This document shows positions 24,732 to 36,758 of a stretch of DNA of 64,000 nt, piece by piece. The notes beneath the pieces were generated by a model that saw nothing but the letters and a program-made list of their open reading frames with translations, did not search any database and was not told where the DNA came from. The DNA is from Podarcis liolepis (taxonomy: Eukaryota), in the NCBI GenBank assembly GCA_965112155.1, contig OZ218106.1; one strand, written 5' to 3'. Within the stretch, counting starts at the first letter, position 1, and each line of letters opens with the position of its first letter. The position numbers and the translations under genes were made by a program.

Positions 24732-26969
24732 GAAGACAGGACAAATAACCCCCCCAAAAAAACCTAGGTCTCCCCCAAGAAACGTTTGAGACTAGCTCCC
24801 CTAAATCTAAAAGATGGATCAAACTGCACGCGCCACCAGGCACGCCCGCCGCTGCCCTGCAAGATCTGATAAACTCTTCCCACAGCTAATCACCTGACTC
24901 AACAGAAACCCTGCCCCCTCTGACCTTTGCACAGGGAGAGCAGCTAATCAGCCACAAAGAAACACACACACAAGAAAACTCTTTTGCTCCTTCTTCAGCT
25001 GCTGCCCTGCAAGCTCTCCCAAGGGTCTTTGGGACAGTGTAACAAGCTAAAATACAAAGTAGGAAACAGTCAACCTGCTACTCCCAAAGCTTCTTTCACA
25101 GATTTCCTATAGTGTACACTATGTCCAAAAATGTAATCCTGTACAACTAACATAGATCAAAACTGGGATGTGTTTGATCACTGTTTTGCCAGTGGCAGAC
25201 CAAGACTCTGCTTTGAAATGCAGAGTTTGTTGTACTACAAAGCGATATTATCTAAAACCTTAACACTGTTCCACTACACGTAGTATCTTTCTAAGTTTAA
25301 TATTACTGTTTCACATCTATAATACAAACGAGGAGGTAAGGTATTGGTTCCCCAGATAAATATATGAAGTTTGAGCTTTTCATTTAAACTTCTTTTTTAA
25401 AAATGAAAATGAAAATGAAAGTGCCTACATTAAGCTTCTTAAGTTTGTATTTCCTTTTCTGTCTCAGATGGCCAAGTTGTCATTGTAACTGTGCAGTTGG
25501 GCTTATTGCCTCTTGGTAATCTAAGTAATTTGGCTGTATTAAGTAGGAACTAAATTTGCATTGTATGTAGGATACACTTTGTAGTTATGAAACCTTTCAA
25601 AGTGAAGATTTTTGTCTCAACTGAAAAGTTTGCAGAAAAGTTCAGTTCTTTATTTTAATGGAGCAGCTATAGATTTGAATTGTTAATTATGGGCCATATG
25701 GTTTGGTACATTCACACAGGGCAGAGGGATGATCAGATGACCAGATTTGAAGAGAAGAGCCAGGAGGTAGCTGTCGAGGAGGAAAGTAAGCTATAAAGTC
25801 AGCTCCCACGCCATATGCCAGTTTAGGCATGCCGTAGTGACATGAGGGCAGCAGGTAGGGAAACCATCTCTGTGTGAATACAGAAGCAGGGTCAGGCTCT
25901 AGTCAGCGATTCTGTGCCGCTCGTTCTTTTGAGCACCAAAATTATAATGTAAAAGAAATTTCAAGTCAATACTAGGAATGGAAGGTTCTGAAAATTTTTG
26001 TTTGCTTGTATTCTCTTTTTTTCAGTTTCAATTTAGTACTCCACATTTCTGCAAAAAATAAAAATAAAATAAATCTTCATGAAATATTTCTCCTAAGCAG
26101 CACATTTTGTATGCAGTTTAGAGTAATGCACACATTTTTTGCAAGCAATTTCTCCTAATATTATTCACTTTTGGATTTCCCCCTACTAATATATTCATTT
26201 TTATGCACACGTTTCCCCAATGTATGCATTTTTGTAAACATTGGTTGGAGAACTGCATTGCAAAATTTGAATAAGTGCAAGTTTTGAAGAAGGGCTATGG
26301 TTTGGTTCTCATTGTATAAAGTTTGATATACTGCCGGAGACATCTGGTAGTATATAACAGTTGACATGCAATGTCAACTGTCACTAGTGTTAACTGAAAG
26401 CTATATTCAGTGGTATATATTACAAGGATACATGCCTGTCAAAGAACTTTTACATGCCTTAAAGATTCCTGAGACTTGCTCTGCTGTGCCTGCTTAGTTC
26501 ACACAAAGCCTTCCAATGGCCTGTTGCGATTTGACAGTTGCTTGGATATCCAGTGTTTTTCCCCTGTGAGAGAATAATCTTCTGAAGAAGACTGGTGTTC
26601 GTGGAAAGATTTCTTCTGGTCAAGGAAAGATACCTTCTGTGAATAGAACTCTCATTCTGTCCCATCTCTCCCTCCCCCTCAGTAGCAAGTTTGTCCTAAA
26701 ACACTCCCAATATTCTCTTGCTGCCGCACATTGCATAGGAACATCAGCAGATATTTGATATGTGATGGCCTGTTTCATCTTACAGCATTTGATAGATAGC
26801 TTGCAATTATATCTAGTATCTAATGACACTTGACAGATTACATTAAATAGTAATTTGTATTTGACACTTGATAGCTAAAATTTGCCTTTCCTGGTCTTTG
26901 GGTCTCCAAGAGGTCCTTGGCCATGTCATTGGTTGATTTTCTGCAGTCTTATTGGTTTGGAGGCTGGGC

Positions 26970-27225
26970 CCCAAACCAATGGCTTCAAGTTACAAGAAAG
27001 AAGATTCCAACTAAACACCAGGAAGAACTTTCTGATGTTAAGAGGTGTTTGACAGTGGAACGGACTCCATTTGAAGGTGTGGGCTCTCCTTCCTTATAGG
27101 CTTTCAAGCTGAGCTTGGATGGCCATCTATTATGGATGCTTTAGTTGAGATTCCTGCATTGCAGAAGGTTGGAGTAGATGACCCACGGGGTCTCTTCCAG
27201 TTATACAATTCTATTGTTCTATGAT
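26970..27225 (+). mobile_element. Older CR1 3' fragment
   Basis: aatggcttcaagttacaagaaagaagattcc...ttcctgcattgcag...ttctatga, homologous to the CR1 3' end. Confidence 0.85.
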
Positions 27226-29277
27226 ATGATAGTGTGATTTGTTTCTGCTGATGTTGTACTGTTGAGTATATTGGGACAGGGGGTTAATTACATTTGTTAA
27301 CTCCATATTTTCATTTTATGTTTTCTTTGATATATATATTTGTATGAAGAGTGGTACAGAGAGTAAATAATCAGAAAGCATTTGGATTTGAAGCTTGTGA
27401 AATAAAAAACAACAACCAAGATGTGCTAAGAAGTTTAATTCATTCAAATTTTGAATTGAAGCTTGACAAGCAAATAGTGTTTGCAGTTTGCTCTGTAAAT
27501 TTGGAAAATTCACTAAATTTTGACTTTTAACTTTTGCTGTAGTTGGGTTGCTTTCTATATCTTTAATTCAGTGGTATAGAATTTGCCTCCTGATAAAGAG
27601 ATGCAACAAAGACCTAGAGATGGACAAAGACATTTAATTTCCTGTGACTAAAAAATCATTAAGTGGTAAAATAATAAACCAAACAATGAAAGAGTTGCTG
27701 CCTTTTAGTGGTTATAATCTGCTGCCTGAGTTGCCCCTGCTGGTAGTTTTAAAGGAGATAAAATGACATTTCAGAAATCAGTTTCTCAATCTATCTTTCA
27801 AGGTATGAAGATGCATTCGGAGCAGCCTGAAAAATGATTTGAAATATTGTTGACTGATAAATTGACAGCAAAATGTGCTGTCTTTTCTACTGTGTTCTGC
27901 AGTAGACCTGGCATAAAAGAGTTTAAAGTTTTGTTTGTTTGTTTGTTTTGCTTTAATGCCCAAGAATGTGATTAACTGGAGGTGAGCCATGGTTTACCTT
28001 CCTTTGGCACACAGGGGGATATCTACCTGATACATTTCAAGCAACAAGGAAAGAAGAACAATATAAAACTGACATGTATTAACTCCCATAGAAAGCAGTG
28101 TGCCTGTGTTAGAAGAAATAACACCTTGAGTTGCAATTATTTTTTGCAATGGGGAGAATAGTATACAGGTTCTGAACTATAACATGCCATAAAAACATTA
28201 TATTGCTGCAATTGGGGGAAATAAATAATGCATGTCACCAGACAGCATGAAGCACAGCCTAGATGAATAGAGGCACTGCGTTAGCCTTCTGCTAAATGCT
28301 GAATTCTCCATATTCTGATAACTCTTCCTTTGCCTATAGCATTTTTCTCTGGTTCTGATCATCCATCCTCTTGAGGGGATTTAAATCATATCCTAGATAT
28401 AAATATTTGCATAGGGAGAAATTGCTGGAAATCTGCAACAATAAAGCTATTTTTATTTACAAATTGTCTTTCATAAATTATCTGCTGTTCAAGTGATTCA
28501 GATCATGGAATGTGCTTGTGCAGACAGATGGGGGAAGGCATACTTATTTGACATTTGCAACCACCCACCCACACAAATGTTTTCAACATGATTTAAACTG
28601 ACAGGGAGAATCTGCGATTTACATATGGAATGGTTAGGGCCGGATTAGAGGATTTGAAAGCTGGTGTCAAAAGAAAATTCTACTGCCTTTTCCCCCTTTT
28701 CTTGTTCCCATTCCCTTTTCTGTTTCAGAGGCATGAAGTTCAGTATCACTACGCCCCCACAAGGGTATGCAATTGACTGTAGTTTCAGGCTATAACCCTG
28801 GTGGTTGTGGTGGCAGAATCTGCATTATATATGCGTTGGTCCTGACCTTATTCTTCTTTACACTGTTGCAATCTGGCCTGGCTTTTAGACTTTAATACTC
28901 CAGGTTCTGTGCAATACTAGCTCATAAACTTTAAAAAAATTGCTGCTCACTGATAGCTACAACGCTTTGGGATCCCTTTAGAAAAAGCCCCCATATGCAA
29001 GGAAAGACTCAGGAGCTGTTGACTCAGCTTGGATTTCCCCTTGAATATACCTGCAAGATTAAAGTGTTCTTGTTATTTCATTATGGGTGATTGTGGAAAC
29101 AAGCTCAGAGTAGTCTAGATACTCATTCTTTCATAGCCAGATAATTACATTGTTGTTTTGCCCTTCTGTCCACCCTTTCTGGTAGAGATGTAGCATGTAA
29201 AAGGTCCCGGATTCAATCCCTGGTATCTCCATGTGGGACTAGGAGAGACCTCTTCCTGGATATTGCAGATATTAATA

Positions 29278-29513
29278 CAGTGGTAACTCAGGTTACAAAT
29301 GCTTCGGGTTACAAACACTTCAGGTTACAAACTCCACTAACCCGGAAGTAGTACCTCAGGTTGAGAACTTTCCCCCAGGATGAGAACGGAAATTGCTCGG
29401 CAGCAGCAGGAGGCCCCATTAGCAAAAGCGCTCCTCAGATTAAGAACAGTTTTGGGTTAAGAATGGACCTCCAGAACGAATTAAGTTACCGTAGTAACCC
29501 CGAGGTACCACTG
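29278..29513. mobile_element. Tc1/mariner (Tigger-like) MITE, copy 1
   Basis: TIR CAGTGGTA(A)CTC...GAGGTACCACTG, TA TSD. Same family as 36533 and 58867. Confidence 0.9.
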
Positions 29514-31498
29514 TATTGTGCAGCTTGAAGCAACTGGATGCATAATGAAAGATTGGAATGAAAGATTGCTGAGACCCACATCCAAATAATTCCATACAAC
29601 ATATGCTTATCCAAGCATGGGCTCACCATCATCTTAGAAATAATTTTAAACAGGATTGAGATCAAAACTCTCTCCCCTCCCCCCATTCCAGCCTCCATTC
29701 CAGTCTGAGGCTGTGTGCTCCTGGAGTGAGCTCCATTATCACCCTTCCAAGATGGCGAATTTGCAATTCAATAGCCTCCCATGTGATCTAAGGTGAAACA
29801 CCTTGTCAGAGCTACCAGAGAACAACAGTTAATTATCAACCCATCCAAGAGCTCAGAGAGCTCTTCTTCCTTTTCTTTATCTTCAGTGGAATCTTCCAGT
29901 TAAACCCTTTCAGCAATGCACATAGGCAGTCTCCATTTCAGTGTAAATTAAACAATTATACTTAACCTGGAATCCTGGAGAACCACTGCCAGTTAGTGAA
30001 GAATCTAGGCTATACTGAGCTAGAGGAAACAATGGTCTGATGAAGTATAAGGCTCCCAGACTTGCTGTGCTCCCTTGTTCCTGTGACCATGTTTCGAACT
30101 TTCAATTCCTTTTGGTTTCCTGTCGTGGAATTTTAATTTGTCTTATGCTGTGTTGCCCTTGGGCCTAGTGAAATAACTGTGAACTGTTTTCTTAAGAGCA
30201 GCCTAGCCCCAGAATTCCCCACCAGCCTCTGTTTTCCCTCGGTCTATGTGAAACCTTGCTGCAGGTCTGCATAAGAGCTCTGTCAAGGAGCTGAATATAA
30301 CCCTGTTAGCAACCAACATCTCTGTGAAGCCTGAATTCTATAGATAATGGCTTAACAGACAATGCACACTCCTTTCATTGCTCAAACAGCTCAGCATATA
30401 AAGACAGAAAATACATATTTTTTCCTTTCTGTTGAGGCAGGCTAGAAAATCCCTCTGTTTACTATGTTTGTCCTTCTGAGAGATTTCCAGTGATGTGTGA
30501 TGAAAGTGATTTCAAAGCTTCAAATAGACTAGGGCTTGTCAATTTAGCATACATTGTGGGTAATTCCAGTTCAGTTAGATCAAATTGCACTGACTTGTGC
30601 ACCAGGTTTTCAGTACTTAAACTATGACATGGCAGTCTACAATACAGTGAAGTGCATGATAATCTGCATATCACTTACAAGAACTAGAGACATGTTTTCT
30701 TTTTCTTGTTGCTTTATCATTGGCAGGAGAACTGTCACCTCCAGTCGCCAAAGTGCTGAATGACATAGGCACACAGGTACACAGTCTAGCCCTTTATATG
30801 AACATGTGAGCCAAAGATTTGGGCATTTAGAAGATTTCACCACCCCAGGGATACATATGGAAGCAACAACAACTATGTGAACCTTACCTAACCTGAAGAT
30901 AATGGGCACCATATCTAAAACTATACAGCAGGGAATGGGGGACTTGTGGTCCTCCAGATATTGTTGGATTCCAACTCCCATCACTTCCAGTCATCATGGC
31001 CAATGGTCAAACATGACAGGAGTTGGAATCCCACAGCATCTGGAGGGTATCAGGTTGGAGAAGTCTGGTCCAAGGGAACACATTTTGATTCTTAGTTTTG
31101 TGCTCATTTTTATTTGTGCTTTTAGAGTACCACTGGTGAAAAGTACATAGGATGCAAGAAGGAACATACTTTGACTTCAACCAAAACAAGTCAGAGCAAG
31201 TCACCAAGCCAATGCACAGAGTGGATATTATTCCCAACATGTGTTCAAAGAACACAGAGAGAAGGAGACAGGCCATGGATCCCACTATTGCCCTAAACAT
31301 GTCCAAACCTGCTGGTTCCATCTCCAACCTTTGTGCCTTGAGTGGGAAGGTCTGAAGGGTGATTCTTCTCATGTTCAGGTGAACATGTTTAGAATCGTCT
31401 CCACATTCAGGAAACCTACATGGTCAGGGTTTCTGATCAAAGGGAGGATTCAGAGGCTCTTCAAGTTGAATGCACAATGCTCTTTACAACTTCTGTGT

Positions 31499-31634
31499 CA
31501 GGCATCCCCAAACTTGGCCCTCCAGATGTTTTGGGACTACAACTCCCATCATCCCTAGCTAACAGGACCAGTGGTCAGGGATGATGGGAGTTGTAGTCCC
31601 AAAACAACTGGAGGGCCAAGTTTGGGGATGCCTG
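31499..31634. mobile_element. Near-perfect palindromic hAT-type MITE
   Basis: CAGGCATCCCCAAACTTGGCCCTCCAG...CTGGAGGGCCAAGTTTGGGGATGCCTG. Degenerate relatives near 30928-31067, 42445-42537, 43396-43516, 47340-47475 and 47952-48084. Confidence 0.85.
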
Positions 31635-31725
31635 TTCTATGGATTTACCAATTGCTATATTTGTGTAGCCATGGTGAAAAGAAGTTGAATACATCTGTTT
31701 CACCTGTTGAGGTGTGAATTCATAT

Positions 31726-32426
31726 TGAAGCACGTGACGTTAGTGGGTTTTGGCTAGGTGCACAAAATTAAGGATCAGACAGACGCAGCAATGGAGAATA
31801 AGAAGGTGAAGTTTATTGCCAGGCAATAAGGACCCAGTTGGAATATCTTCCAAAGAACTGGGACCCCGATTGACAGAAATGCAGGGGTCTTTATACCTGA
31901 GCAAATCACAGCAAATCATAGATCATAAGACAATCATGAGGGACTCATAATATTGTCAGCAAAAATCAGCCAATCTGCAAGCAGTTGTCACGCTTCTAGC
32001 TCCTGGTCTAGCACTGGTCAAGCACAGGGTTCCAGTTCTGCTTTCCGATGCTCCCAGTGACGCTCAGTCTAACCTTTCCCCTAGTTATGACAGGACAGGG
32101 AGCTTGGACATTTTGTGGTTTTGCTCTTCCTGTTCTGTGGATTAATTTAGCCCGTTCTGAGGGGAATTTGTACCAGAATCTCTGATTCATGTCTTTCCCC
32201 TTTGTCCGGGGTACACAGATGTTTTTAGGGGAAAGGTCGGCTCCTAACTTTGCTGTTTCAAGCAGTTTGCAGTTAGCTAAGGCACAGCTTCCCTTTTGAT
32301 TCAAATGGATTATAAAGTACTGTAATCCTTGATTTGTGTAAGCATATATGAATATATATTGAATATATTGATTACTGATAACTGATTATATGGATAGCAT
32401 AGGGGTAGCCCTTCTTCCTTGCCTCA
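31726..32426 (-). mobile_element. ERV-type solo LTR (701 bp)
   Basis: TG...CA ends with inverted termini TGAAGCA / TGCCTCA. Perfect 4-bp TSD ATAT (31722-31725, 32427-32430). Minus-strand TATAAA (31890-31895) and AATAAA (31812-31817), CCAAT at 31970-31974. Confidence 0.8.
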
Positions 32427-32434
32427 ATATCTCC

Positions 32435-32486
32435 TCTTCTTCTTCTTCTTCTTCTTCTTCTTCTTCTTCTTCTTCTTCTTCTTCTT
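32435..32486. repeat. (CTT)n microsatellite
   Basis: Direct observation; explains the poly-Arg ORF 32372..32668. Confidence 0.95.
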
Positions 32487-34635
32487 GGTTTAGATTTTTG
32501 CTGCTGGCTATTAGGAAATGAGTTAAGGTAGACAAATTCCCATCCCAACCAATCACCCTTTGTATTTCTACTCTCTGAGATGCCTGGTGTATTTCTGATC
32601 CTCAGAATGCCTGTAGATTTTTCAGTATTGTGCATTATCTTAAAAAAAGGGAATGTGGGGGAAAACAAGCCACATAATATTTTTTAATAATACCAAGAAA
32701 TTAAGAAGTAGAAATCAAATTAGCCTTACAGATCCTATCATTTATTGGTGCTAATACAGAGAAGAAAATTCTTATTAACATATTATATTCCAAACTATTG
32801 GAAGCCAATATGTAAGAAACAAAGCACCTGAATAGTTAAAAAGGGAAGGCACACAAATCTTTGTGTCCAAATATAACAATTTTCCTGAGATGACATATTT
32901 ATGTAGAAAGAATAGTTGTGCTCATTAACCATATCAGATTGCCACAAATATGTCGGATGTGATATAGCTGAGAAATCATTTGAAGGCAATTTCAGAGAAG
33001 CTGATTTGTTCAATGTTATCACTAGGCTGGAACAGAAAATGTAGAAAGCAAGGTCCCCCAATACTTGCAAGCTGATCCTATCCATGATTACTTAGAGGTA
33101 AGTGATATTATTAAATAACACTTACTCTCATGTAAGTCTGTATAGGATTGCATTCTCCCTGTATTAATTCATGCAGATAATAAATAAGTAGTATATTTGC
33201 ATTTTTTTTCAACTGAAGAAGGATATGAATTTCTACCTGACTTGTTTAAATTAATTTTCTTTACTGAGAATGCCATCCATTATTCTGACATGCTTTATAG
33301 CAAGTGCAAATTCTTGATTGCTGTTGCATACCAAAGAAAAGGTTTTTGCTATCTATACCCTCACCAAAGCCTACCTTTAAATATGTCAGAGGCAATTTAA
33401 ATGCCATTGCCTTAGCAAGTATTCCAAGAATGTATCCAAATGAGTTTTTTGGGGGGTTGCGTGTCAATGTGATGGATATGTTTATGGTGTTAATAATGGG
33501 TTTGTGCCCCCCCCCCCAGATATAAAAGCCTCCTTGGCCGGATTCAGAAATTATCCCTTCTGTTGTTCTCTTCACATATCTTTCTGCAAGCAGCATTACA
33601 ACAGCAGTGGAAATGCATAACTTATTACCCAGGAAGTACTGAATAGTTTCTTTATACCTTTGAGTACTCTTTGAGTACTAAGCCAGCTAGTAGACATATC
33701 CAATTGAAAACTTGATAAAATCATGTTTTCTTGGTGAAAATCCTTTTTTTTCTGGTACAAAATCAAAGTTACATGGAAGCTTATCTTTCAAATAAGGAGC
33801 CATGACTTGTTGTTTGGAAATCCACAATTATCATTGTGATAATACTGAGACTTCTCTTGAGAGCCAGGAAAGACATTTCCTATTACTCAAGAAATGCAAT
33901 AACTTAATTGTAGATGGTATGGGGACATTCTGCCTCTGCCTCTCTCCTTCTAGACTTCCATGCTCCTAATGTCATCTTGGTATGGTTTCTAGCAGGCCGG
34001 TGTATTCCTGTCTTAATATCGCTTCCCTTGCACCTGGTTAGGCAAATGGGCTGGAAGGAGAAATTGTGTCCAATCCCGTAGAAAATGAAGCATTGGTGTG
34101 GTATGTGGGCACACATTACATTGGCACATTGGCTGACATGGTGCCAAGTCACTACTCTTTTAAGTCCAGCCCACCCTAACCTGGCCCTTTTCAGAACTTT
34201 GTACCCTCCTATCCTATATGTTTTGCTGGTCACATGGGAGCCCTCTATTAGCCTAACTCAGTCGAAGATTTATGATGTGGGGGGCCCTTGTGGGGGGCTA
34301 TCCACTCACCTAAATAAATATGTCTATGTAAAAATCAGGGGTATATGAGAATATGTTTCTGGGTTTGCAGTGTGCTCCCCACTCCCCAACAATCCCCACT
34401 CTAGGTCAGGCAGGAAGAAAAGGTGGTGATAATAATGATAACTGGGTCCTCCCCACAGAAAATGATCAGGTAACAATAAGGGAAAATATGATTAAAAATT
34501 ATGGTGATACAAATGAAGATGATAATGCTTCTGCACTGATCCACCCCACAACCAGACAAATTGGGAACAATCCAGGAAAAGATGATGATGATGATGCCTC
34601 AGCACTGGGCTTCATCACCCATTGAATGATGGCAA

Positions 34636-34638
<3 letters not shown>

Positions 34639-34680
<42 letters not shown>
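34639..34680. repeat. (AT)n microsatellite
   Basis: Direct observation. Another (AT)n lies at about 40646-40672. Confidence 0.95.
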
Positions 34681-34682
<2 letters not shown>

Positions 34683-36532
34683 CTGTTTCTCCATTAACAA
34701 TTTATACTAATAACTTGGGAACCCTCAGCCTCAAGGGATCCCAATCCTGCACATAGCTATAAATCCCTCACTGGTCTGACTACCCCTGTTGACCCCCCCC
34801 CCTTTGGCTAACTCTGCACAGCTTCTAGAAGGGTTCTGGAAATATTGGCATGGGTGGAGATCAGTTAAATAGGTTGATCAAAGCTATAGGGCAGCGTGAG
34901 CAATTAGAGGAAAAGTTAAACATTGGCAAGCATGCTGAGGCAGCTGTACGATGAAAGGAGGATCCCTAGACTTGTCATAAAGGGCTGTGTGATGCTGGTG
35001 GGGAAAGCAGATGAGGCTTGCTGAGAGCACATTCCTAAAGACCTGGGGCTCCGGGGGTTAGTGAGTCAGGAAGGCCTCTCTCAACAAAAAGGTAGCCAGC
35101 TGGGCAGAACTAGGCTATGTCTGGCTTATTATGCCCCACCCTGGGATAGGCTCACTCATGGTACACAGGTGAGTAAGAGGTGGCAAGGCTACCTCTGCCT
35201 TAAGCTATTCTGACACAGCTAGTCAGCTTATAATGCGGAGTTCAGCCTTTGCATTTGTTTGTTTGTCTGAAAACAGACAATCTAAAGTGTGTGGGAAGTG
35301 GGTTGAATGAATCTTTTGTTTCCAGGGCAGCAAAACATTCCCTCTGCCAATGCAACCCAATCCCATCCATGTTTGCCCAGGAGAATTGGAGCTTATTCCT
35401 AAGTAAGCATCCATGGGGCTGCATCCTTGGAATTGTATGTCTGTTTCACTTAAGCTCCTTTTCTGCCCCATGACAATCTCTCCCTACACTATCCCTAATC
35501 TGAAAGTAATTATCGCAGTCATATCTTAGGCCTCTGAGCTGCTTGAATAATAATGAAAGGATCAATGTTGGCAGCGGTACCTCAGATTAAGAGGCTGATT
35601 GAGGCTTAGTTTTTCTTAATTATTGACCCAGGTTCTATAACTTGTTTCCCCCAGGTCTGAGTGGAGAAATCCACCAGATCAGACTGGGCCTATTGGATTA
35701 AAAAAAGAAAAAGTGTGTGCTACAAAAGAAGCATATCTATTAATATTTGCAGGCAGACATACATCGTTCTCAATTTTCAAGGCTTGGCAAATGAGACTGG
35801 AAGTAATTCAATTTTTCCTGTAGCAGACAAATTAATGTTTTTAACATTCAGCTCAAGTGTAAAGCTTGCCCAATAAATAGTACAGATTGGTTCTTTATGG
35901 CTTGTTTGTTGCAGCTTTTATTGATCCTTTTTTAAAAAAAACCACCATACATATTCAAGGACAACATTAACAAATTAGGAAGGAGAAATATAAGTGAAAA
36001 AGTAGATCATCACTTAGCTTGTGAGTTCTTCTAATTCTTTAATATCGGTTTCTGGCTTTGTGTGACCGATTACTGTGAAAGAGCCCATCAACATGGCTTT
36101 GCCTGAAGGTATTGTCTGATTAGAGTCTGGGATCTGACAAAAAACGGTGTTAGTGTTAGTTCCTTCATTGGCTGTTCGTAGTCTCCTGAACAGATAATTT
36201 CCTACAGTAATGGGATCCAAGATGAGTGCTTGCCAGATTGTGTGTCAGATACAGCAGTTTTCTACTTATGGGGGGCACTCCCACCAGCAGAAGTGATCAA
36301 CTTTCACTGATTCTTCTTTCCCCAACAGCCGCTTGTGTACCTCAAAATATTTTCTGGAGGATTGGGGCATGAGGAACTGTGTGACAATAGGGTTTTGCTA
36401 CAAAATGTATAGCATAGTCCCTGGAACTTCTCATTCCTTGGAAAAGAGGGGAGCATAATCTTAATAAACATATAAGAAGGAAATTCTTGCCACAAAAACA
36501 CAGTGGCTTAAAGCTAGAACAAGTTACCGGTA

Positions 36533-36758
36533 CAGTGGTACCTCAGGTTACATACGCTTCAGGTTACAGACTCCGCTAACCCAGAAATAGTGCTTCAGGT
36601 TAAGAACTTTGCTTCAGGATGAGAAAAGAAATCGTGCTCCGGCGGCATGGCAGCAGCAGGAGGCCCCATTAGCTAAAGTGGTGCTTCAGGTTAAGAACAG
36701 TTTCAGGTTAAGTATGGACCTCCAGAACGAATTAAGTACTTAACCTGAGGTACCACTG
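36533..36758. mobile_element. Tc1/mariner (Tigger-like) MITE, copy 2
   Basis: TIR CAGTGGTACCTCAGGTTA / TAACCTGAGGTACCACTG, TA TSD. Confidence 0.92.

Larger units (their letters stand above)
20656..25022 (-). mobile_element. Full-length CR1 LINE (about 4.4 kb), young but frameshifted
   Basis: (ATTCTATG)n tail at 20656-20677, ORF2, ORF1 and 5' UTR. Candidate TSD GGGTC (20651-20655, 25023-25027). Confidence 0.95.

Noticed and set aside
32372-32668. Poly-Arg ORF (also poly-Phe at 51646 and His-Thr repeats at 42221)
   Set aside because: Translations of microsatellites.
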